A stretch of 64,000 nucleotides of DNA from Candidatus Multivoradales bacterium (GCA_965223155.1 CBDCVR010000015.1:1056001-1120000); one strand, 5' to 3'. Numbered from the stretch's first letter, positions 1 through 9,556 are shown. Numbers and translations: made by a program. Notes: generated by a model not told the origin, from the letters alone.

Positions 1-23
1 CAGGAGTGGGTGCGAGGCGCCGT

Positions 24-779
24 ATGACGGTTCTCGCGATCGCCAACCAGAAGGGCGGCGTCGGCAAGACGACGACCGCGATCAACCTGGCCGCGGCGCT
101 CGCCGCCCTCGAGCACAAGGTCCTGGTGGTGGATGTCGATCCCCAAGGCAACGCCTCGCGCGGGCTCGGCCTCGAAGTCGAAGCGCCTCACCTCTACCAC
201 GTCCTGATCGGTGAGGCCACGATGGCCGAGGTCGTCCAGCCGACCGGGTTGGAGTATCTCGAGGTCGCCCCGAGCGACCGCTCGCTGGTCGGCGCCGAGG
301 TCGAGTTCGTCGGGCTTGAAGGCTGGCAGAGCCGCTTGGCGCGGGCGGCTGCCAGTGTGCGTTCGGACTATCGGTTCCTCATCATCGACTGCCCTCCTTC
401 GCTGGGCCACTTGACCGTTAGCGCGCTGGTGGCGGCCGATTCGGTGCTGGTGCCGCTCCAGTGCGAGTACTTTGCCCTCGAAGGCATGACCGAGCTGATC
501 CAGACCCTGAACCGGATTCGGGGAGCGCTCAACCCTCGGCTCGCCTTGGGTGGAATTCTCCTGACCATGTACGACGAGCGCACCAACCTGGGACGGGACG
601 TGGCCGAAGAGGCGCGCAAGCACTTTCCCGGCGAGGTGTTCGATACCGTGATTCCCCGCAACGTTCGGCTGGCCGAGGCCCCAAGTCATGGCCTGCCCAT
701 CGTGTCCTATGACATCAAGAGCCGCGGCGCCCAGGCCTACCTGGCGCTGGCCCGCGAGTTCCTGGAAAGGCAGAACTGA
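24..779 (+). CDS. parA: ParA/Soj chromosome partitioning ATPase
   Basis: Deviant Walker A NQKGGVGKTTT, DVDPQGN, IDCPPSLG and IPRNVRLAEAPSHG motifs; stop overlaps the parB start (TGATG). ATG at 24 preferred over GTG at 6. Confidence 0.96.
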   Translation: MTVLAIANQKGGVGKTTTAINLAAALAALEHKVLVVDVDPQGNASRGLGLEVEAPHLYHVLIGEATMAEVVQPTGLEYLEVAPSDRSLVGAEVEFVGLEGWQSRLARAAASVRSDYRFLIIDCPPSLGHLTVSALVAADSVLVPLQCEYFALEGMTELIQTLNRIRGALNPRLALGGILLTMYDERTNLGRDVAEEARKHFPGEVFDTVIPRNVRLAEAPSHGLPIVSYDIKSRGAQAYLALAREFLERQN

Positions 780-1663
780 TGGCGAAACGAAGAGGATTGG
801 GACGAGGGCTAGATGCCCTGCTAGCGGTTGAGAAACCGGCGCCTGCCGCCGAGACCCCACCGGGCGCGGGCGCTTCGGTGGAGTCCGCGCCGATCGAAGC
901 CCTGGCGCCCAACCGCTACCAGCCGCGCCGGGAGTTCGCCGAGGACGCGTTGGCCGAGCTGGCCGATTCCATCCAGAGCCAGGGAGTGATTCAACCCATT
1001 CTGGTGACGCCCCGGGCCGAGGGGGGCTACATGATCCTGGCCGGAGAACGGCGCTGGCGCGCGGCCCGGAAGGCGGGGCTCGAGAGCGTGCCGATCGCGG
1101 TACGGGCCGAGGCTAGCGAGCGCGACATGCTCGAGATTGCCCTGGTCGAGAACATCCAGCGCAGCGACCTCAACGTTCTGGAAGAGGCCGAGGCTTTCGA
1201 GCGGCTGAGCCAGGAGTTCGGGCTGTCCCATGCAGAGATCGCCTCCCGCGTCGGCAAGAGCCGAGCCTCGATCTCGAACACGCTGCGCCTCTTGAGCCTG
1301 CCCGAGCCGGTCAAGGCTCTGCTGCGCGAAGGCTCGCTCTCGGCGGGGCAGGCACGGCCGCTGGTGACCCTGCGGGATCGAGAGGCCCGGATCCGGCTGG
1401 CTCAGCGGGCGGTTCGAGATCGGCTCTCAGCTCGCCGGTTGGAGGAGCTGGCCCAGGCGGCGGCCGACGAGGCGGCAGGTTCAGATAAGCAGGCAAGCTC
1501 GAAGGATGTCGTGGATCCGGACACGCAGGCCGCCGAAGAAAAGTTAACCAGAAAATTGCAAACAAAGGTCGCCATCCGGCGGCGGGGTCAAGGCGGCAAA
1601 GTCGTCATTGCATTTCACTCCGAGGAAGACCTTATGAGACTCTATGAAGTCTTGATGGGCTAG
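779..1663 (+). CDS. parB: ParB/Spo0J partition protein
   Basis: N-terminal GLGRGLDALL, QPR, AGERRWRAA arginine patch, ENIQRSDL, HTH region. Confidence 0.96.
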   Translation: MAKRRGLGRGLDALLAVEKPAPAAETPPGAGASVESAPIEALAPNRYQPRREFAEDALAELADSIQSQGVIQPILVTPRAEGGYMILAGERRWRAARKAGLESVPIAVRAEASERDMLEIALVENIQRSDLNVLEEAEAFERLSQEFGLSHAEIASRVGKSRASISNTLRLLSLPEPVKALLREGSLSAGQARPLVTLRDREARIRLAQRAVRDRLSARRLEELAQAAADEAAGSDKQASSKDVVDPDTQAAEEKLTRKLQTKVAIRRRGQGGKVVIAFHSEEDLMRLYEVLMG

Positions 1664-1674
1664 GAGGCTCGGGC

Positions 1675-2121
1675 ATGAAGAAACGATCGGAAGGACAACG
1701 AGGCGACCTCAACGGGTTTTTGGACGCCGGCAGCTTCATCAAGGGGGAGCTTCATTTCGAGGACACCTTCCGGCTGGATGGCAAGCTCGAAGGCGCGGTC
1801 GAATCGCACGGCGATCTGGTGGTGGGGGAGAACGGCCAAGTCGAGGCGAAAGTTTCCGTGGGCCGGATCTATGTCTCCGGCACGGTGCGGGGCAGCATCG
1901 TGGCGCGGCGGCGGGTCGAGATCGCGAGCGGAGCCAAGGTCTATGCCGATCTCGAGACCCCGAGTCTGGTGGTCGAGGACGGCGCCGTGCTCCAGGGCCG
2001 CTGCAACATGGGAGGCCAGGGAGGCAGGGGGGGCAGGGACGGCTCGGCCGAAAGCGGCCGGCGAGAGGCTACGGCGAAGAGGGCAGTGGTGACGCCGATG
2101 CCTCTGCCGAAGGAAGGCTAG
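1675..2121 (+). CDS. Bactofilin (polymer-forming cytoskeletal protein)
   Basis: Beta-helix repeats (GELHFEDTFRLDGKLEG...LVVEDGAVLQGRC); AGGAGG RBS; follows parB. Confidence 0.88.
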   Translation: MKKRSEGQRGDLNGFLDAGSFIKGELHFEDTFRLDGKLEGAVESHGDLVVGENGQVEAKVSVGRIYVSGTVRGSIVARRRVEIASGAKVYADLETPSLVVEDGAVLQGRCNMGGQGGRGGRDGSAESGRREATAKRAVVTPMPLPKEG

Positions 2122-3880
2122 GTGTCTCGTCCAGGGACGGCGGCTGGCCGACCAGAGTCTCGTAGGAGGGGACAAAGGTCAGCGGCGCCCCGGCGACGAA
2201 GGCCGAATCAAAGGCATCCACCAAGACGTCGCCGTCCAGATCGCGGCTGATCGGCAGGCGGGAGCCGTAGAGAAGCGTCGGCGCTACGTCCAGCACGCTG
2301 CCGTGTTCGAGCGAGGCGCCCTGGCGCACGCCGTCGCCCAAGAGCAGCATCATGCCCGGCCCCGGCGGCGCCAGCGTGCCCTCGTTCGAGCGGCCGCTGA
2401 CGGCGTAGGCGATCCGCTGCCAGCCGGATGGCGCCTGCCGGCCAAAGGGACTCACCACGGCGAGGAGCTTCGGCCCGTCCTGGCGCTCCCAGAGCTGCGC
2501 CAGAAAACCATCGAGCTGACGGTAGTAGGCGGTGATGACCCGTGCCGCCAGCTGACGCCGGGCGCTCTGGATGCCGACGACCTCGAAGGCCGAGAAGCCT
2601 CCGAAGAACCGGCGCGAGGCCTCGTCGAGGCCCGGTAGCAGCAGAAAAAGCCCGCGCAGGTCGCGCCGCTGCTGGTCGAGAAAACTCGCTAGCGACTGAC
2701 GCCAGACGTCCCCGGCAAGCGCCGCCAGCACCTCGGGCGGCGCCTCGCCGAACTCTCCAACGACCTCGGCGTCGAGCTCGTTGACGCCTACCTGAAAAAG
2801 CGCGCCGCGCTCGGCAAGCTCGGGCGGCAGAGCCGCTGCCGCCGAGAAGTTGCCGGCAAAATAGCGCTCGGCGAAGGTGAAGGCCGAGGTCTCGATCACC
2901 GGATAAAGGGACGGCCAGGAGACGATGCCAGTCGGGGAGCCCAGGCGGGAGTGGATCTCCCACAGCGCGAGACTCCGCCGCTGGGCCGCATCCGGCCGTT
3001 CGGGAGAAAACCCCGGCATCCAGCCCAGCGGTAGGGGCAGGCGCCACGGCACGAGAGACAGGAGCGGCTCGTCCCGCAAGAGCCGGGCGCGCAAAGCCCG
3101 CTCGGAGAGAACGCCGTGCTTGTACGGATACTTGCCGGTCGCGAGCGTGGTCCAGGCGGCCGAGCGGAAGACCGGGCTCAAGGGTTCGAGCCGGGCATGG
3201 ACGCCGTCGTCCAGGAGGTGCGAGAAGAACGGCAATTGTCCCTGTTCGGCGAGAGGCAAGATCGCTTCGAGCGTCGCTCCTTCGATACCGACGACAAAAA
3301 GCTTGGGGCTCTCCCCGAGCTCGATCATCGAGTCCAGAGGAGCGATCTTGGCGGGTGGTCGGAAGGCCTCGCGCCGTTCGCCCAGGACCCAAACCGAAGC
3401 GAGCGAAAGAACGAGGAACAAGGCGCGCGAGCGCCGTCCGTAGGGACGCTGGGAGAAGGAGTGGAGAAGAGCGGTGTAGAAAAGACCGACGCTGATTGCG
3501 GTAAGCCAGAGCGCGGCTTTGATGAGCCTGCGGCTGATGCCAGGGGGAGCGTAGAACGAGAGTGACGATGCCTGGATCCAGACCGCGACCGCCGCCGCCA
3601 CCAAGACCCCCACGATGGCCCACGGCAGGACGCGCGCCGCCGCCTCCGGCCGCCGCCAGGCAAGAAGGGTCAGGAGCACTGAGCTCGCCAGCCCCAAGGC
3701 CAGGCCCGAAAGCGCCGTCGTGCGCGCGAACAGCAGCCAGCCGAACTCGATCTCGGGATTCAGAAACAGCAACAGGCCGGCCAAGAGCGCGCCGGCGAGC
3801 AATCCCGGCAGGACGTTGAGGGTCAGTTGGCGCCAACGATCGGCGGCGCCAAGGAACCGTCGAAAGGAAGACGTGGGCAT
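2069..3880 (-). CDS. Membrane-anchored alkaline phosphatase / nucleotide pyrophosphatase-phosphodiesterase superfamily protein
   Basis: About 5 N-terminal TM segments, VVGIEGAT, SAAWTTLATG and DVAPTLL...DLDG motifs. Start uncertain. The 3' end overlaps the bactofilin gene by 53 bp. Confidence 0.75.
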   Translation of the reverse strand: MPTSSFRRFLGAADRWRQLTLNVLPGLLAGALLAGLLLFLNPEIEFGWLLFARTTALSGLALGLASSVLLTLLAWRRPEAAARVLPWAIVGVLVAAAVAVWIQASSLSFYAPPGISRRLIKAALWLTAISVGLFYTALLHSFSQRPYGRRSRALFLVLSLASVWVLGERREAFRPPAKIAPLDSMIELGESPKLFVVGIEGATLEAILPLAEQGQLPFFSHLLDDGVHARLEPLSPVFRSAAWTTLATGKYPYKHGVLSERALRARLLRDEPLLSLVPWRLPLPLGWMPGFSPERPDAAQRRSLALWEIHSRLGSPTGIVSWPSLYPVIETSAFTFAERYFAGNFSAAAALPPELAERGALFQVGVNELDAEVVGEFGEAPPEVLAALAGDVWRQSLASFLDQQRRDLRGLFLLLPGLDEASRRFFGGFSAFEVVGIQSARRQLAARVITAYYRQLDGFLAQLWERQDGPKLLAVVSPFGRQAPSGWQRIAYAVSGRSNEGTLAPPGPGMMLLLGDGVRQGASLEHGSVLDVAPTLLYGSRLPISRDLDGDVLVDAFDSAFVAGAPLTFVPSYETLVGQPPSLDETPSLPSAEASASPLPSSP

Positions 3881-3934
3881 CCCAGTGAGCGCTTTGCTAG
3901 ATTCGCGCAGGCGGGCTGACCGCAAGGCGACTCG

Positions 3935-5023
3935 GTGTCCAAGCACAATAGCAAAGCCCTCGGCCATCGCTTGCTCCTGAGCTTGCCGCCGGAGACGGCT
4001 CACGAGCTGGTGATCTCGGCCCTTGCAACCGCGGGGTTGCCACTAGCGGGCCGCGCCCTCCGCCACGCCCTTGGCGTCAAGTACGGCCGCCGGCACCCGG
4101 CGCTCGAACGCCGGGCCCTGCTCGGTCTCGACTTCGCCAACCCCATTGGCCTGGCGGCGGGCTTTGACAAGGACGGTCGCGCCATCGCCGGGCTCGCCCG
4201 ACTGGGGTTCGGCTGGCTCGAGGTCGGCGCAGTCACCCCCCGCCCCCAGGCGGGCAATCCCCGCCCGCGCCTCTTCCGTCACCCCGAGGCACGAAGCCTC
4301 GAGAACGCGATGGGATTCAATAACCAAGGGGGCGCGGCTCTGGCTCGGCGCTTGGCGAAGGTCTATCCGGCAGCCGTTCCGGTGTTGGTCAACCTGGGCC
4401 GGAACAAGACCACGCCGAACGAGCGCGCGGTCGATGACTATTTGGAGCTGATCGAGCTTCTTGTCGACCGCTGCGACGGCTACGTGCTGAACGTCTCCTC
4501 GCCCAACACCCCTGGGCTGCGTGAGCTGCAGGGCGGCGGCGCGACGGCCGGCCTCGTGTCGGCCGCCCGTTCGGCCACCGAGCTGCCGGTTCTGGTCAAG
4601 CTCTCGCCCGATCTCGAGCCCGTTGAGCTCGAGCGCACGGTCGAGGAAGCGATCGGAGCCGGCACGGCCGCGATCATCGTCACCAACACGACAATCGACT
4701 ACGAGCTCTTACCCGGGGCTCGCCGCTTCGGCGGCTTGAGCGGAACGGTGCTAGCGGCAAAGAGCCGGGCCGTGCTCGCGGTCGTGGCCCGCAAGTGCCG
4801 CGGACGTTGTCCAGTCGTGAGCGTCGGCGGTATCGACTCGGGCCAGGAGGCGTACCGCCGCCTCCGCGCCGGCGCCGACTTGGTTCAGCTCTATACCGCG
4901 CTCGTCTACGAGGGTCCGGGCCTCGTTGCCCGGATGCTCGACGAGCTCATCGAATGTCTCGACCGGGACGGATTGACGAACATCGCCCAGGCCGTGGGCG
5001 CGGACTTCGAGGACCAAACATGA
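3935..5023 (+). CDS. pyrD: Quinone-dependent dihydroorotate dehydrogenase (class 2)
   Basis: PETAH, NPIGLAAGFDK, GNPRPRLFR, NVSSPNTPGLR, TNTT, GGLSG motifs. Confidence 0.95.
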   Translation: MSKHNSKALGHRLLLSLPPETAHELVISALATAGLPLAGRALRHALGVKYGRRHPALERRALLGLDFANPIGLAAGFDKDGRAIAGLARLGFGWLEVGAVTPRPQAGNPRPRLFRHPEARSLENAMGFNNQGGAALARRLAKVYPAAVPVLVNLGRNKTTPNERAVDDYLELIELLVDRCDGYVLNVSSPNTPGLRELQGGGATAGLVSAARSATELPVLVKLSPDLEPVELERTVEEAIGAGTAAIIVTNTTIDYELLPGARRFGGLSGTVLAAKSRAVLAVVARKCRGRCPVVSVGGIDSGQEAYRRLRAGADLVQLYTALVYEGPGLVARMLDELIECLDRDGLTNIAQAVGADFEDQT

Positions 5024-5823
5024 ACGAAACGAAGGAGGCCAAGGACTACGTGGCGATCGCTCTCGACACCGCTGAGCGATGGCAGTTCGAGCACTGGTGT
5101 GAGCGCTTCGGCGGGCGGGCTGGCACCTTGAAGGTCGGTCTCGAGACCTTCATGCGTTGGGGGCCCGAGGCCGTGCGGCTGGCCACCGGAACCGGCTCCC
5201 GGGTCTTTCTGGACGTCAAGCTTCACGACATCCCGAATACCGTGGCCGGTGCGGTGCGCGGCCTCGCGGATCTAGGCGTGAGCTACGTCACCGTCCACGC
5301 CGGTGGCGGCTCGCGCATGCTCGAGGCGGCGGTCGAGGCGGCCAAGCTTGCGGACGGTCCGGCGATTCTGGCGGTCACGGTCCTGACACATCTCGAGAAC
5401 GCCGAGCTGATCGAGCTCGATCTGCCGGGCGGCTCGGCCGAGCGCGTGAGCCGGTGGGCCGAGCTCGCGGCCGGTAGCGGCTGCGACGGGATCGTGTGCT
5501 CGCCGCGAGAAGCGGCCGCCGTGGCGGGCCTGCGGTCGGCCTTCGAGGCGCGGGCCGGCTCCGACGGCCCTGGCGGCCCAGACAGTGAGATGCCGACGAG
5601 ACCGAAGCGCCTCGAGATCGTGACCCCGGGCATCCGGCCCGACGGCGGGTTCGAAGAGAATGGCTTCGCCGACGATCAGCGCCGGACGGCGACCCCTGCC
5701 GAGGCACTTGGCGCCGGGGCCGATCTCTTGGTGGTGGGCCGTCCGGTTACCCGCGCTCGGGATCCGGAACGGGCCCTGGCTCTCTTGATCGACGAGATCG
5801 AGGCGGCGCTACCGCCTCGCTAG
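5020..5823 (+). CDS. pyrF: Orotidine-5'-phosphate decarboxylase
   Basis: FLDVKLHDIPNTV, VTPGIRP, DDQRR, VVGRPV; ATGA overlap with pyrD. Confidence 0.95.
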   Translation: MNETKEAKDYVAIALDTAERWQFEHWCERFGGRAGTLKVGLETFMRWGPEAVRLATGTGSRVFLDVKLHDIPNTVAGAVRGLADLGVSYVTVHAGGGSRMLEAAVEAAKLADGPAILAVTVLTHLENAELIELDLPGGSAERVSRWAELAAGSGCDGIVCSPREAAAVAGLRSAFEARAGSDGPGGPDSEMPTRPKRLEIVTPGIRPDGGFEENGFADDQRRTATPAEALGAGADLLVVGRPVTRARDPERALALLIDEIEAALPPR

Positions 5824-5867
5824 AACCTTTTTCTTGAGCCGGGCGCGCGAGCCTTGGAACGATCAGG

Positions 5868-6236
5868 CTAGAGCAGGAAGACGGGCCGGTCGACCTTGAT
5901 CTCGAAATCCCAGTCGTAGGTCGTAAAGAAAAGGTTGATGGGCATCGTGTAGCTGCACTGAATGCGCACACGCCCACCCACCCGCTGGGCCGAGACCTGC
6001 TTCGGATCGACCGGAAGCTCCAGGTCCCTGGCTCGCGCCGCGACGTTCTTCTCGATGGTCTGCATGGGAGTATCCGCCGCCCGCTCGGCCTGACGGGTCA
6101 TGAACTCCTCGAGCTCTGCCTTCTTGGCCATCGCCGGGACGGCCTGGTAGGCGCCGTAGGCGAACAGCAGGCCCAGCGCCATCCAGACCAGGCAGCCCAG
6201 TTTTATCTCGCCAGTACGTAACGGCCGGTTCATCAT
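5868..6236 (-). CDS. Small single-TM protein downstream of lepB (DUF4845-like)
   Basis: Pilin-like N-terminal G followed by a hydrophobic helix; position after lepB is typical of DUF4845-like genes. Start at 6236 follows a TAAGAT -10-like hexamer. Confidence 0.6.
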   Translation of the reverse strand: MMNRPLRTGEIKLGCLVWMALGLLFAYGAYQAVPAMAKKAELEEFMTRQAERAADTPMQTIEKNVAARARDLELPVDPKQVSAQRVGGRVRIQCSYTMPINLFFTTYDWDFEIKVDRPVFLL

Positions 6237-6255
6237 GTGGGTCATCTTAACCCGG

Positions 6256-6957
6256 CTAGCGAATCGGCCGCAGTGTCCTATTCCACCGCGTCCGGACCGG
6301 AAAATGGACCATCACCTCGGCGAGCTGGCGGAACCGGTGGCCGTAGCCCCGCCAGACCTCGCCGTCGTGGCGGGAGTCGAACGACCAGTAGACGGCAAGC
6401 GCCCGGCCCTTGACGAAGTCTTTCGGCACCGTGCCCCAGAAGCGGGAATCGTGGGACTCGTCCCGGTTATCCCCCATGACGAAGATCTGGTCGTCGGGCA
6501 CTTGCAGAGGACCGAAATTGTCCCGGAATCGGTATTCCTCATCCAGAAAAATCGAGCGCGGATAGATGCGCTCGTCTTTGTGAAACACGTACCCGCCTTC
6601 TTCGATTGCCTGCTCGTTGACGAAGAGCTTCTTGTCCCGGATCTCGATCCGGTCTCCACCGACCGCTACCGCCCGCTTGATGAAGTCGCGGGTCGGATCG
6701 CCGGGGAAGCGGAAGACGACGACGTCACCGCGGCGCACTTCGCGGTGGGCGAACGGCCACCTGACCTCGGGGGCCGCGGCTCCCTCCGGGGTCGCGCCGA
6801 AGAGGAACTTGTTGACCAGGATGTGGTCGCCGACGAGGAGGTTTTCCTCCATCGACCGGGACGGGATCTTGAAGGCCTGGACCACGTAGGTCCGAGCGAA
6901 CGTGGCCAGGATGACGGCGATCAGGAGAGCTTCGAGATAGTCGCGCAGCGACGACAT
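6256..6957 (-). CDS. lepB: Signal peptidase I (copy 2)
   Basis: IPSRSM (catalytic Ser), FIKRAV (catalytic Lys), GDNRDESHDSRFWG. Confidence 0.95.
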   Translation of the reverse strand: MSSLRDYLEALLIAVILATFARTYVVQAFKIPSRSMEENLLVGDHILVNKFLFGATPEGAAAPEVRWPFAHREVRRGDVVVFRFPGDPTRDFIKRAVAVGGDRIEIRDKKLFVNEQAIEEGGYVFHKDERIYPRSIFLDEEYRFRDNFGPLQVPDDQIFVMGDNRDESHDSRFWGTVPKDFVKGRALAVYWSFDSRHDGEVWRGYGHRFRQLAEVMVHFPVRTRWNRTLRPIR

Positions 6958-6964
6958 CGGTGCC

Positions 6965-7645
6965 TTACCGAACGACGTGGAGCGTGCGCCGCCAGCGGGT
7001 TTCGGTCAGAAAGCCGAGAGCGGTCTGGCCGAGCTGTTTGAGGCGCGCGCCCCAGCCGGGCCAGGAGCCGTCGGGGGTGGTGCCGCCAAAGGACCAGTAG
7101 ACCAGAAACGCCCGGCCCTTGACGTAGTGCGCCGGGACCGGACCCCAGAAACGGGAGTCGTACGAGTGGTCCCGGTTGTCCCCCATGCAGAAGTAGCTCT
7201 CGGGCGGCACTACGTAGGGACCGAAGTGATCGCGCCCGCGGAGCCCCTGCTGGAAGCGGCTGGATTCGCGATGGACGGCGAAGGCCGACTCGTCCTGCTC
7301 GACGCCGTTGATCAAGAGCTTCTTGTTGACGACCTGGATCGTGTCGCCGGGCACGCCGATACAGCGCTTGACCATGTCGACCCCGGGCCGCTCGGGGGAC
7401 TTGAAGATGACGACGTCGCCGCGCTGGACCTTGCGCAGCGGCAGCAGCAGCTCTTCGAGCTTTGAATCCGCCGCCCCGTAGATGAAGCGGTTCACGAAGA
7501 GGTGGTCGCCCACCAGCAGGGTTTCCTCCATCGAAGCGCTCGGGATGTAGAAGGTCTTGAAGACGAACGCGTTCGAGAAGCCCAAGAAGATGCCGGCGAT
7601 CAGCAGGGCCTCGAAGTACTCGCGGAAGGTGGACTGGCGCTTCAT
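6965..7645 (-). CDS. lepB: Signal peptidase I (copy 1)
   Basis: IPSASM, MVKRCIG, GDNRDHSYDSRFWG. Confidence 0.95.
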   Translation of the reverse strand: MKRQSTFREYFEALLIAGIFLGFSNAFVFKTFYIPSASMEETLLVGDHLFVNRFIYGAADSKLEELLLPLRKVQRGDVVIFKSPERPGVDMVKRCIGVPGDTIQVVNKKLLINGVEQDESAFAVHRESSRFQQGLRGRDHFGPYVVPPESYFCMGDNRDHSYDSRFWGPVPAHYVKGRAFLVYWSFGGTTPDGSWPGWGARLKQLGQTALGFLTETRWRRTLHVVR

Positions 7646-7664
7646 GGGACCGCCAATGGTATCG

Positions 7665-7703
7665 AAGACAAGCGAATTTGCGCCGGTCTAAATCGCTTGT
7701 CTT
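7665..7703. promoter_or_regulatory. Perfect 11-bp inverted repeat just upstream of lepB (operator or hairpin)
   Basis: AAGACAAGCGA (7665-7675) and TCGCTTGTCTT (7693-7703). Confidence 0.45.
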
Positions 7704-7804
7704 GAGACGCGGCCCCGAACGATCGCCCCCCGGACCTTCTCTCTCGTTCCGGCCGTCCAGATCACTTGTCGCCGTCGCAATCGTGTGAGTCGGCTCCGCG
7801 CCGC

Positions 7805-7863
7805 GCAAGTCATTGGAACCAAATCGCTTACGGTCCTTGTCCCGGCCTGGCAACGACCTTGAT
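7805..7863 (+). promoter_or_regulatory. Putative IHF site plus sigma-54 (-24/-12) promoter for comEA
   Basis: GCAAGTCATTGGAACCAAATCGCTTAC (minus strand contains CAA-N4-TTG), then TGGCAA-CGACC-TTGAT at 7848-7863 (GG-N10-GA, one mismatch to GG-N10-GC). Confidence 0.5.
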
Positions 7864-8030
7864 CCATGACTCCGGCGTATCGCAAACCGGAGAGGAGGTG
7901 CGATCGAGGAAATCCCAAGGTTCGGCAAGTTCAAGGTCACGGCAGGCAAATCCGTAGACCGCAAGCAACCCAAGTCCGGCCCGGACCCGCTGTCCGGGCA
8001 CACCAACCAACACCAACGAAAGGAGACATC

Positions 8031-8378
8031 ATGGTTGGAACCAAGAACAAGTACTGGATCGGTTTCGCCCTCGCGGCCCTGATCGCGGTGGCCGCGGCGC
8101 CGGGGGCGTTCGCCGCCGACGGCAAGGTCAACGTCAACACGGCCGGAGCCGAAGAGCTGGCGCTCTTGCCGCGCGTGGGCACGGTCGTGGCCTCCCGGAT
8201 CATCGAGTTCCGGGAAGCCAACGGCGAGTTTGAGGCGCTCGAGGATCTGATGCTGGTCAAGGGCATCGGCGAGCGCACGTTCGAGCTGATCGAGCCCTAC
8301 GCCGCGCTGTCGGGAGAGACCACCTTGACCGAGAAGGTCAAGAGCTCCTCGCGGGCGAAGAGCGAGGGCGATCGCTAG
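8031..8378 (+). CDS. comEA: ComEA-family helix-hairpin-helix DNA-binding protein
   Basis: Signal peptide, VNVNTA..EEL..LPRVG, GEF...EDL..VKGIGE HhH motifs; AAGGAG RBS. Confidence 0.88.
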   Translation: MVGTKNKYWIGFALAALIAVAAAPGAFAADGKVNVNTAGAEELALLPRVGTVVASRIIEFREANGEFEALEDLMLVKGIGERTFELIEPYAALSGETTLTEKVKSSSRAKSEGDR

Positions 8379-8477
8379 GAAGTCTGGGACCGGGGCTTCC
8401 GGGCGCGGGTGCGCTCCGGAAGCCCCGGACCCGCTCGTAGCCATTGGCCTACTGATGAAACAGATGAGAACGACCTC

Positions 8478-9095
8478 GTGAACGTTTCCGCCCCTCGGAA
8501 TCCTCGCGCTCTTCACGGCCGCGGCTTCCACCTGCTCGAGCTCCTGGTCGCCCTCTTCGTCGCCGGCCTGGTGGCGGGCTGGGGGGTGCCCTGGTTCTTG
8601 CGGATGACGAGCGCCGTCGAGATGCGCTCGGCCGCGTTCGAGATCGTCGGAGCGCTACGCCTCACCCGCATCACCGCGGTGCGCGAGGGCGTCAAGGTCG
8701 CGGTCAAGTTCCGCCAGGGGCCGAACGGCGATGTGACGTTCACCCTCTACCGTGACGGTGACGGCGACGGCGTTCGCAATCGAGATATCGAGTCCGGCGT
8801 CGACCCGCAGATCGGCCTGCCTCGCAACCTCCATCACCTGGGTGGGCGAGTGCGCATCGGCTTGCCGCCGGGCCGCCCGCCGCGAGACCCGGGAGATCCC
8901 CGCCGGCGCCTGCCGAGAGACCCCATCCGCTTCAACCGCTCGGACCTCGCCTCGTTCGGGCCGCTCGGCGGGTCGACACCGGGCTCGATCTACCTGACCG
9001 ACGGTCGCCTGCAGACGGTCGCCGTCCGAGTCTTCGGCCGTACCGGCAAGGTCAAGATCCTGACCTACGACGCATCGACGGAGCTCTGGCGGTAG
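8478..9095 (+). CDS. GspH/FimT-family pseudopilin
   Basis: Prepilin cleavage motif G|FHLLELL with E5 and a hydrophobic helix; C-terminal TGKVK. Start uncertain (8409 or 8478). Confidence 0.8.
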   Translation: MNVSAPRNPRALHGRGFHLLELLVALFVAGLVAGWGVPWFLRMTSAVEMRSAAFEIVGALRLTRITAVREGVKVAVKFRQGPNGDVTFTLYRDGDGDGVRNRDIESGVDPQIGLPRNLHHLGGRVRIGLPPGRPPRDPGDPRRRLPRDPIRFNRSDLASFGPLGGSTPGSIYLTDGRLQTVAVRVFGRTGKVKILTYDASTELWR

Positions 9096-9123
9096 CCTGG
9101 GCCAACGAGCCCGTCGGCGGGCG

Positions 9124-9153
9124 TTGACGGCGCCGAGAAAGGTCGAGTAGATT
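9124..9153 (+). promoter_or_regulatory. Sigma-70-type promoter for cutA
   Basis: TTGACG-N18-TAGATT, 10 nt before the TTG start. Confidence 0.5.
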
Positions 9154-9163
9154 CCGGTTCGCT

Positions 9164-9508
9164 TTGCGGGCAATCGTCGCTATCACCACTGCCGGTACCG
9201 AAGACGAGGCGTACAAGCTGGCCGAAGAGCTGGTGGCCCGCCGGCAAGCGGCGTGCGTCAACGTGCTGCCGGTGTCCCGCTCGATCTACCGCTGGCAAGG
9301 CAAGATCTGCCAGGACAGTGAGTATCTGCTCGTGATCAAGAGCCAGGAAGGCTCGTATCCGGCGATCCAGGCCACGATCCAGGAGCTTCACAGCTACGAC
9401 CTGCCGGAGATCCTGTGCTTCAACGTCGGCCAGGGCGAGCCGGACTTTCTACGGTGGATCGCCGAAGCCACCGACGAGGCGGCCGTGGACGAAGCGGCCG
9501 AAGAGTAG
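9164..9508 (+). CDS. cutA: Divalent-cation tolerance protein CutA
   Basis: AACVN, SIYRWQGKI, LHSYDLPEI motifs. Confidence 0.92.
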   Translation: MRAIVAITTAGTEDEAYKLAEELVARRQAACVNVLPVSRSIYRWQGKICQDSEYLLVIKSQEGSYPAIQATIQELHSYDLPEILCFNVGQGEPDFLRWIAEATDEAAVDEAAEE

Positions 9509-9556
9509 GTCGAGACGGCGGCTTTGCGCGCCGGCCGGTGTGCGGCTGGAAGGCGA

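Noticed and set aside
7925-8000. Possible c-di-GMP-I riboswitch (GGCAAA...GCAAG) before comEA
   Set aside because: No P2 stem with GNRA loop after GGCAAA and no GACGCAAAGC junction.
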